A stretch of DNA of 55,986 bases, taken from positions 1 through 55,986 of the forward strand of contig JAGDAU010000109.1 of the NCBI GenBank assembly GCA_017959365.1. The letters run 5' to 3'. The notes under the pieces were generated by a model that was not told the DNA's origin, searched no databases, and saw only the letters and a program-made list of their open reading frames with translations. Positions 48,326 through 55,986 of this stretch are shown one piece after another (within the stretch, counting starts at the first letter, position 1; each line of letters begins with the position of its first letter). The stretch is from Prevotella sp. GTDB taxonomy: Bacteria; Bacteroidota; Bacteroidia; Bacteroidales; Bacteroidaceae. The translations under genes and the position numbers were made by a program.

Positions 48326-49990
48326 ATGGGAAAAGAACGTTTGCTTCCTGACATTATATTTGAGTCAAGCTGGGAAGTATGTAACAAAGTCGGTGGTATT
48401 TACACCGTATTATCAACACGTGCAAAGACATTACAGGATGCAATGAGAGACCGTATATTCTTCATTGGTCCGGATTGTTGGCACGAAAAACCAAGTCCAT
48501 TCTTCATTGTTGATGACAGCCTGATGGCTGAATGGAGAGAGCAGGCTGCCACGGATGGTCTGCACTTCAAGGTGGGCCGCTGGGATATCCCCGGCAATCC
48601 TATTGCCATATTAGTGGAATTTGAGCAGTATTATGAGCATAAGAATGAAATTTATGCCTCTCTGTGGGAGCATTATCAGGTTGACAGCCTTCATGCCTAC
48701 GGAGATTATGATGAGGCGTCAATGTTCTCGTATGCCGCAGCACTCGTAGTGGAGAGTTATTATAACTATTACCTTTGTGAAGAAGATAAAGTGATTTATC
48801 ATGGCAATGAGTGGATGACGGGTCTTGGACTTCTGTATATCAACCACCGTCTGCCTCAGATTGCCACACTCTTTACAACTCATGCAACGAGCATCGGCCG
48901 AAGCATATCGGGTAACAACAAACCACTGTATGATTACTTATTCGCTTACAATGGCGACCAGATGGCTGAAGAGCTGAATATGCAGAGCAAGCATTCCATA
49001 GAAAAGCAGACAGCTCACAATGTTGACTGTTTCACTACTGTAAGCGATATTACCGCCAATGAGTGTAAAGAGTTGCTTGACCGTCCTGTTGACTGTGTAC
49101 TGCCAAATGGTTTTGAGAATAACTTTGTTCCCAAAGGTGCCCAGTTCACTCAGAAGCGTCGTGCCGCCCGTCGTCGTCTCTTGGATGTGGCTAATGCCCT
49201 GATGGGTACCGATCTGGGTGATGATACGCTAATAGTGTCAACCAGTGGTAGATATGAGTTCCGAAATAAAGGCGTTGACGTATATATTGAGGCAATGAAC
49301 CGTCTGTTGCGAGACAAGGAGTTGTCAAAGACTGTTTTGGCATTTATAGAAGTGCCGGGATGGGTTGGCGACCCTCGTTCCGACCTTGTCAGCCGTCTTA
49401 ACAGTGGTAAGAAATACGACACTCCGTTAGAGGTTCCTATGCTAACCCATTGGCTTCATAATATGACCCATGATAATGTGTTGGGAATGCTTAAATACCT
49501 AAACATGAAAAATCTCCCGGAGGATAAGGTGAAACTGATTTTCCTTCCGTGCTACCTTACGGGTGATGATGGAGTGATAAACATGACCTATTATGATTTG
49601 ATCTTGGGAAATGATATGTGTATCTATCCGTCTTATTATGAGCCTTGGGGCTATACACCACTTGAGGCTATAGCATTTAAGGTGCCTTGCGTCACAACCG
49701 ATCTTGCCGGTTTTGGCCTTTGGGTAAATAAGGCTCTTGGGCATAATGGTGAGATAGAGGATGGAGTAAAGGTTATTCATCGCACAGACTATAATTATTC
49801 AGAGGTTGCTGACGGCATCAAGGAAATCGTTTCAGAATTTTCCAATATGAGCGATGAGGATATCAAGAAATGCCGTAAGAATGCTGACGCTCTCTCAAAG
49901 AAAGCCCTTTGGAGCAAGTTTATAGAATATTATTACGATGCATACGACATTGCGTTGCGTAATGCCATTAAGAGAAACGAAAACAAATAA
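48326..49990 (+). CDS. Glycogen synthase, GT3 family
   Basis: FESSWEVCNKVGGIYTV, FTTHAT, SGRYEFRNKG and PSYYEPWGYTPLE; ATG at 48326. Confidence 0.92.
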   Translation: MGKERLLPDIIFESSWEVCNKVGGIYTVLSTRAKTLQDAMRDRIFFIGPDCWHEKPSPFFIVDDSLMAEWREQAATDGLHFKVGRWDIPGNPIAILVEFEQYYEHKNEIYASLWEHYQVDSLHAYGDYDEASMFSYAAALVVESYYNYYLCEEDKVIYHGNEWMTGLGLLYINHRLPQIATLFTTHATSIGRSISGNNKPLYDYLFAYNGDQMAEELNMQSKHSIEKQTAHNVDCFTTVSDITANECKELLDRPVDCVLPNGFENNFVPKGAQFTQKRRAARRRLLDVANALMGTDLGDDTLIVSTSGRYEFRNKGVDVYIEAMNRLLRDKELSKTVLAFIEVPGWVGDPRSDLVSRLNSGKKYDTPLEVPMLTHWLHNMTHDNVLGMLKYLNMKNLPEDKVKLIFLPCYLTGDDGVINMTYYDLILGNDMCIYPSYYEPWGYTPLEAIAFKVPCVTTDLAGFGLWVNKALGHNGEIEDGVKVIHRTDYNYSEVADGIKEIVSEFSNMSDEDIKKCRKNADALSKKALWSKFIEYYYDAYDIALRNAIKRNENK

Positions 49991-50014
49991 TACAAATAAC
50001 ATATTATATTTATT

Positions 50015-52573
50015 ATGAAAATAAAAGCAGATTACTCTAATTCACCATCATGGAAAGAGGTGATTGTTAAGTCGCGTCTGCCAGAACAGCTGGCATGCTT
50101 AGATGAGCTGGCTCATAACATGTGGTGGGCATGGAACTATGATGCCCGTAACATGTGGAAGAGCTTGGATGAAGACCTTTACGAGAAAGTAGGCCACAAT
50201 CCCGTTGCTCTGCTCGAGCGCTTGAGTTATGAGCGCAAGGAGGCCATTGTCAAGGATAAGGCTGTGATGAAGAAAGTTAAGGATGTGTATGCCCGTTTCA
50301 AGGAATACATGAATGTGAAGCCAGACAAGAGCCGTCCGTCAGTAGCATATTTCTGTATGGAGTATGGTATCAACCAGTCTCTTAAGATTTACTCTGGTGG
50401 CCTTGGCATGCTTGCCGGTGACTATGTTAAGGAGGCTTCGGACTCTAATGTGGATATGTGCGCCATCGGCTTCCTCTACAGAATGGGTTATTTCCGTCAG
50501 AGTCTCAGCATGGATGGTCAGCAGATTGCCAATTATGATGCCCAGAACTTCAACAGCCTGCCTATCGTGCGTCAGTTAGATAAGGATGGCAACCCAATGG
50601 TTGTTGATGTGCCGTATATGAACTATCAGGTTCATGCTTATGTATGGTGTGTTAATGTGGGTCGTGTGAAACTTTATCTGCTTGACACCGACAATGAGAT
50701 GAACTCTGAGTTTGATAAGCCAATCACACACGCTCTCTATGGCGGTGACTGGGAAAACAGACTAAAGCAGGAGATTTTGCTTGGTATCGGTGGTATGCTG
50801 ACACTTAAGAAGCTTGGAATCAAGAAGGATATATCTCACTGCAATGAAGGTCATGCCGCACTCTGCAACCTGCAGCGCCTGTGTGACTATGTTCAGGAGG
50901 GAATGACTTTCAATCAGGCTCTCGAGCTTGTAAGGGCATCTGGTCTTTACACATGTCACACACCTGTTCCCGCTGGTCATGACTATTTTGATGCTGACCT
51001 CTTTGGCAAGTATATGGGTGGTTACCCTCAGATGCTTGGCATTACATGGGATGAGTTTATAGGTATGGGACGTGTCAACCCAGATGACCACGGTGAGAAA
51101 TTCAGCATGAGCACATTCGCCATCAATACTTGTCAGGAGGTTAATGGTGTTAGTAAACTGCACGGCTGGGTTAGTCAGAAGATGTTTGCTCCTATCTGGA
51201 AGGGCTATTATCCAGAGGAGAACGCCGTCGGTTATGTAACTAATGGTGTACACTTCCCGACATGGACAGCTACAGAGTGGCGTAAGTTGTATGATAAATA
51301 CTTCGATAAGAACTTTATGAGTGACCAGAGCAATGAGGATATATGGCACGCTATTTATGATGTGCCCGATGCAGAGATTTGGTCAACCCGTATGGCATTG
51401 AAGGAGAAGCTTATAAAGTATATCCGTGAGAAGTTTACAGAGATGTGGCTTAAGAACCAGGGCGACCCGTCAAGGGTAGTGTCACTTCTTGAGCGTATCA
51501 ATCCCAATGCACTGATGATAGGCTTCTGCCGCAGGTTTGCCACTTACAAACGTGCCCACCTGCTCTTTACTGATCTTGACCGTCTGTCAAAGATTGTAAA
51601 TAACCCGGAGCGTCCGGTATTGTTCTTCTTCTCTGGTAAGGCACATCCTGCTGATGGTGCTGGTCAGGGTCTTATAAAGAAGATCTTTGAGATCAGTCAG
51701 CGTCCAGAGTTCCTCGGTAAGATTATCTTCCTTGAGGACTACGATATGCAGCTTGCCCGTCGTCTTGTGAGTGGTGTGGATATCTGGATGAACACACCGA
51801 CCCGTCCTCTTGAGGCTTCCGGTACATCAGGCGAGAAGGCAGAGATGAATGGTGTTGTCAACCTCTCTGTGCTTGATGGCTGGTGGGTTGAGGGTTATCG
51901 CAAGGGTGCCGGTTGGGCTCTTCCCCAGAAACGCACATATCAGAACCAAGGCTACCAAGACCAGCTTGACGCTGCTACAATCTACTCACTCCTTGAGAAT
52001 GAGATTATCCCTCTCTATTATAATAAAGATAAGAAGAAGGGCTACAGCGCCGGTTGGATTAAAGTGGTTAAGAACTCTATCGCCACGATTGCTCCACACT
52101 ATACAATGAAGCGTCAGTTGGATGACTATTACAACAAGTTCTATATTAAGGAGGCTAAACGCTTTAAGGAACTTTCAGCCAATAACAACCAGCTCGCAAA
52201 AGAAATAGCTTCTTGGAAGGAGACCGTTGCCGAGCGTTGGGATGCTATTAAGGTGGTTGACAAGGACGATACCGCTTTCAGCGTTTCAGAGACAGGACTT
52301 GAGTTCGCTCTGAGATATACCATTGATGAGCAGGGTCTTAACGACGCTATTGGTCTTGAGCTTGTTACTATTAATAATGAGCCAGAGGAGGAAATCTCTA
52401 TCCATACAGTAAGACCATTTAAGCTGATAAAGCAAGAAGGCAATCTCTACACATTTGAGTGTAAGTTCATTCCTGATCATGCCGGTCCGTATAAGTGTTG
52501 CGTGAGAATGTTCCCAAAGAATGATAAACTGCCTCACCGTCAGGACTTCGCATACGTTAAGTGGCTTGACTAA
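50015..52573 (+). CDS. glgP: Alpha-glucan (glycogen) phosphorylase
   Basis: [31 protein letters not shown] and the [12 protein letters not shown] site. Confidence 0.96.
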   Translation: MKIKADYSNSPSWKEVIVKSRLPEQLACLDELAHNMWWAWNYDARNMWKSLDEDLYEKVGHNPVALLERLSYERKEAIVKDKAVMKKVKDVYARFKEYMNVKPDKSRPSVAYFCMEYGINQSLKIYSGGLGMLAGDYVKEASDSNVDMCAIGFLYRMGYFRQSLSMDGQQIANYDAQNFNSLPIVRQLDKDGNPMVVDVPYMNYQVHAYVWCVNVGRVKLYLLDTDNEMNSEFDKPITHALYGGDWENRLKQEILLGIGGMLTLKKLGIKKDISHCNEGHAALCNLQRLCDYVQEGMTFNQALELVRASGLYTCHTPVPAGHDYFDADLFGKYMGGYPQMLGITWDEFIGMGRVNPDDHGEKFSMSTFAINTCQEVNGVSKLHGWVSQKMFAPIWKGYYPEENAVGYVTNGVHFPTWTATEWRKLYDKYFDKNFMSDQSNEDIWHAIYDVPDAEIWSTRMALKEKLIKYIREKFTEMWLKNQGDPSRVVSLLERINPNALMIGFCRRFATYKRAHLLFTDLDRLSKIVNNPERPVLFFFSGKAHPADGAGQGLIKKIFEISQRPEFLGKIIFLEDYDMQLARRLVSGVDIWMNTPTRPLEASGTSGEKAEMNGVVNLSVLDGWWVEGYRKGAGWALPQKRTYQNQGYQDQLDAATIYSLLENEIIPLYYNKDKKKGYSAGWIKVVKNSIATIAPHYTMKRQLDDYYNKFYIKEAKRFKELSANNNQLAKEIASWKETVAERWDAIKVVDKDDTAFSVSETGLEFALRYTIDEQGLNDAIGLELVTINNEPEEEISIHTVRPFKLIKQEGNLYTFECKFIPDHAGPYKCCVRMFPKNDKLPHRQDFAYVKWLD

Positions 52574-52591
52574 GAAATTGATATTATAATA

Positions 52592-52626
52592 AATAAATGC
52601 TCCCTCATAAAGAGGGAGCATTTATT
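52592..52626. terminator. Bidirectional intrinsic terminator between glgP and prs
   Basis: Perfect 15-bp inverted repeat aataaatgctccctc / gagggagcatttatt. Confidence 0.88.
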
Positions 52627-52650
52627 ATGTCTTTATTGTTACCAAAGTTT

Positions 52651-53595
52651 CTAAATCAGGTAATAAGACTGATCAGAAATACTCTCATTGTTGAGTATTC
52701 GGCGTATAGTCTCCGCAAACATGTCTGCTACTGATATCTGCTTCACTTTATCACACCGCTTTGTGTAAGGTATGGAGTCGGTGAATACAATTTCCTCAAG
52801 GGCAGACTCCTGTACCCTTTCACTTGCCGGACCACTCATAACACAGTGCGATGCGCACGCCCTGACGCTCTTGGCCCCTGCTTTTTTCATAAGGTCGGCA
52901 GCCTTAGTGATTGTACCGGCTGTGTCAACCATATCATCAACGATGATTACATTCTTGCCTTTTACATCACCGATAATCTGCATGCTTGCCACCACATTGG
53001 CTCTTGCTCTGGTCTTATAGCACAGAACAAGAGGACATCTGAGATACTTGGCGTATGTGTTAGCCCTCTTGCTGCCGCCCACATCAGGTGAGGCAATGAC
53101 CAGGTCCTCAAGGTTGAGGGTCTTAATATATGGCAACAGTACCCCTGAGGCATAGAGATGGTCAACGGGCACATCGAAGAAGCCTTGTATCTGGTCGGCA
53201 TGTAAGTCCATTGTTATAAGCCTGTCTATACCCGCCACTCCGAGAATGTCGGCAATAAGTTTAGCGCCGATGCTTACGCGAGGCTTGTCTTTCCTGTCTT
53301 GGCGTGCCCAACCGAAATAAGGCATTACAGCAATAATATGTCTTGCCGATGCCCTTTTGGCAGCGTCAATCATAAGTAGCAGTTCCATAAGATTGTCAGA
53401 GTTAGGGAATGTGCTTTGGACAAGGAAAACATCTCTGCCTCGTATAGACTCTTCGTATGAAACGGAAAATTCACCGTCAGAGAAGTGTGTGATTTGCAGG
53501 TTGCCTAACTGACAACCCAAACTGTTGCAAATTTTCTCAGCAAGGTACCTTGAGTTGGTACCAGAGAACACAAAGAAAGAGTTACTGTTAACCAT
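52651..53595 (-). CDS. prs: Ribose-phosphate pyrophosphokinase
   Basis: FSDGE, PYFGWARQDRK, DLHADQIQGFF and IVDDMVDTAGT. Confidence 0.97.
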   Translation of the reverse strand: MVNSNSFFVFSGTNSRYLAEKICNSLGCQLGNLQITHFSDGEFSVSYEESIRGRDVFLVQSTFPNSDNLMELLLMIDAAKRASARHIIAVMPYFGWARQDRKDKPRVSIGAKLIADILGVAGIDRLITMDLHADQIQGFFDVPVDHLYASGVLLPYIKTLNLEDLVIASPDVGGSKRANTYAKYLRCPLVLCYKTRARANVVASMQIIGDVKGKNVIIVDDMVDTAGTITKAADLMKKAGAKSVRACASHCVMSGPASERVQESALEEIVFTDSIPYTKRCDKVKQISVADMFAETIRRILNNESISDQSYYLI

Positions 53596-53623
53596 TTTAT
53601 ATATATTTGTTGAACAATATATT

Positions 53624-54232
53624 TTATTCTACAGCTTTTTTTAATTTTTCAAAATGGCTCAGCAGAGCCTTGAAATCTTGTTCGTGATGGATATCAAATC
53701 TGTTCCAAATATCACCACAGATAACCACACCTCCAAAACCTAACTCACGGGCAATCTTAACATTCTCCAACGATAAACCGCCTTGGGCATACACCTTGCG
53801 GTCAATGAGTCCTTGTTTGGCTGCATCGTGCAGCTGGTTGTATGAAAATGTTATCTTTTCTGTGGGGTTGGATACACTGTCGAAGATATTTCTCAAGAAG
53901 ATGTAGTCAGATTTTTTCCTTATAGCCTTAATATCACTGATGCTTCGACAAGTCATGCCCACCTTGCCCTTGTAGTGCTGTGGTGTTCCTGTTTCCGGCT
54001 TATCTATATGAATACCCGCCAGGTTAAACTCATCTTTCAGGTAGTAATGGTTGTGTACTATGGTCTTCTTGAGGATCTGTTCCGGCAACAATGACAGCAG
54101 CCTTTCAGAGTATATGGGTTCCGTGTCCGGTTTGTAGAGATGCAGACTGTCAAGTCCTCTCTCAAACAGGGCAGAGAGTATTTTATCTTCTTCAACGAAA
54201 AATGTCGGTCTTGTCAATAAAATGAGTCTCAT
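53624..54232 (-). CDS. Thiamine phosphate synthase-like (ThiE/TenI family) protein
   Basis: LHLYKP, GIH, DYIFL..IFDSVS and VYAQGG...GFGGV. The motifs are divergent, so activity is uncertain. Confidence 0.7.
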   Translation of the reverse strand: MRLILLTRPTFFVEEDKILSALFERGLDSLHLYKPDTEPIYSERLLSLLPEQILKKTIVHNHYYLKDEFNLAGIHIDKPETGTPQHYKGKVGMTCRSISDIKAIRKKSDYIFLRNIFDSVSNPTEKITFSYNQLHDAAKQGLIDRKVYAQGGLSLENVKIARELGFGGVVICGDIWNRFDIHHEQDFKALLSHFEKLKKAVE

Positions 54233-54335
54233 TGATCCAGTTTGTTGAAATCACTTGCAAAATTATGAATTTTTTGTCAAACACACAACTTTATCCAAAC
54301 AAAATAAATACCTTTGCAGAAAATTTTGATTTATT

Positions 54336-55472
54336 ATGATAAAAACACCTTTTTATATAATGGACGAAACTCTCCTCAGGAGAAATCTCAGTTTAATAAG
54401 AAGTGTAGCGCAAGAGGCTGATGTAGAGATAATTCTCGCGTTTAAGGCTTTTGCATTATGGAAGACCTTCCCGATATTTCGCGAGTATATCAATGCCACG
54501 ACAGCCAGCTCGCCTTGGGAGGCTCGTCTGGCATACGAGGAGTTTGGCAGTCCGGCACATACCTATTCACCGGCATACGAGGACAGTAGTATTGATGACG
54601 TAGCCCGATGGTCGTCACACTTGACATTTAATTCCTTGAGCCAATATGCGGCTTTCCATGAGAGGGTAAACAAGGCAAATCCGGATATATGTCTGGGATT
54701 GCGTATTAATCCAGGATATTCGGAGGTGGAGACAGATATTTACAATCCTTGTGCCGCCGGCACCCGTTTTGGTGTTCGTGCTGACAGATTGCCAAGACTG
54801 CTTCCGTCTGATATCAGCGGTTTTCACTGTCATTGTCATTGCGAAAGCGGTTCTGATGTTTTTGCCCGTACTCTTACTCATATTGAGGAGCAGTTTGCCC
54901 CATGGTTCAATCAGTTGAAGTGGATAAACTTCGGAGGTGGTCATCTGATGACCCGTTCCGATTATGACGTTCCTCTTCTGATTAGCCTTTTGAGAGGATT
55001 CCATAACCGCTATCCGCACTTGAAAATTATACTTGAGCCAGGTAGTGCCTTTGCCTGGCAGACTGGCGACCTGCATGTTTCTGTTGTTGATGTCGTGGAA
55101 GACTGTGGTATCCGTACTGCAATCATCAATTCCAGTTTCACCTGTCACATGCCCGATTGTCTTGAGATGCCATACCAGCCTGTGATATAAGGTGCGGAGA
55201 TAGTAAATGACACCATGGATAATGATGGCTATATATATAGAATAGGTGGCAATAGTTGCCTAAGTGGCGATTTTGTCGGTTATTGGAGATTTGACCATGA
55301 ATTGAGGGTAGGGGAGACGCTTATATTGAAAGATATGATTCATTATACAACGGTAAAGACCAGTATGTTTAATGGTATCTGCCACCCATCCATATTGTTG
55401 CGTCATACTGACGGTAGTATAGAAACACTGCGTGAATATAGTTATGATGATTACAAATCTCGTATGGATTGA
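54336..55472 (+). pseudogene. nspC: Carboxynorspermidine decarboxylase interrupted by one in-frame TAA (55188-55190)
   Basis: LAFKAF, LRINP, NFGGGH, ILEPG and CHMPDCLEMPY before the stop; GGNSCLSGD and HYTTVKTSMFNG after it in the same frame. Confidence 0.85.
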
Positions 55473-55500
55473 TTTTTTTTGAAAAAAAAATCTCAAATAA

Positions 55501-55532
55501 TTTGGTGGAATAAAAAAAACATATTACCTTTG
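55501..55532 (+). promoter_or_regulatory. tRNA operon promoter TTTG-N20-TACCTTTG
   Basis: Exact consensus about 30 nt upstream of the first tRNA. Confidence 0.8.
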
Positions 55533-55563
55533 CAACCGCATTTGGAGAAATGCCTTATGAAAT

Positions 55564-55636
<73 letters not shown>

Positions 55637-55663
55637 CATAAGAAGTTGATATTTTGTTTTTTT

Positions 55664-55745
55664 GCCCAGGTGGCGGAATTGGTAGACGCGCACGTTTCAG
55701 GTGCGTGTGCCGCGAGGCGTGCAGGTTCGAGTCCTGTTCTGGGCA
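55664..55745 (+). tRNA. tRNA-Leu (CAG)
   Basis: gcccagg/tctgggc acceptor, ggcggaattggtagacgc D arm, ttCAGgt loop and a long variable arm. Confidence 0.95.
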
Positions 55746-55762
55746 CAGCAATTAAGATTGTT

Positions 55763-55846
55763 GGAGAGGTGGCGGAATTGGTAGACGCGCTACTTTGAGG
55801 GGGTAGTGTCAATTGCGACGTGGGAGTTCGAGTCTCCTCCTCTTCA
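55763..55846 (+). tRNA. tRNA-Leu (GAG)
   Basis: ggagagg/cctcttc acceptor, ttGAGgg loop, long variable arm and GTTCGA. Confidence 0.95.
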
Positions 55847-55858
55847 CAATTTTTTTTT

Positions 55859-55931
<73 letters not shown>

Positions 55932-55986
55932 CTTTTTTTATTCTGAGAAACATATTCTTTTTTTTTACTCATTATTTTTTTAATGA

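Noticed and set aside
182-55148. Numerous 60-200 aa antisense or alternate-frame ORFs in the track
   Set aside because: They lie within well-supported genes and show no recognisable motifs or independent expression signals.

Overview
A 56 kb, mostly core-genome window from a Bacteroidales bacterium (Prevotella-like). The assignment rests on TTTG-N19-21-TAnnTTTG promoters, a short primary sigma factor lacking region 1.1, TamL, and GT3 glycogen synthase next to glgP. It holds about 46 protein genes, four tRNAs (Gly, Leu, Leu, Gly) and no integrase, transposase, CRISPR array or reverse transcriptase. Both ends lie in or next to repeats, so the window may be a whole contig. The best candidate for an incompletely described system is a tightly coupled operon at 40.3-47.7 kb: nucleotidyltransferase, ATP-grasp protein, CDP-alcohol phosphotransferase, HAD phosphatase, myo-inositol-1-phosphate synthase and a DUF5686-type outer-membrane protein. 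It resembles the proposed alternative CDP-inositol route to inositol lipids in Bacteroidetes, and its ATP-grasp enzyme has motifs like ITPK1-type inositol phosphate kinases. Other points of interest are a promoter- and terminator-bounded candidate sRNA near 20.1 kb, structured leaders, nspC split by one in-frame TAA, an M48 peptidase with HExxY in place of HExxH, a PrsW protease with an N/P/Q/Y repeat tail, and 7-9 bp tandem repeats abutting stop codons. All product calls come from motif recognition by eye; no database searches were run.
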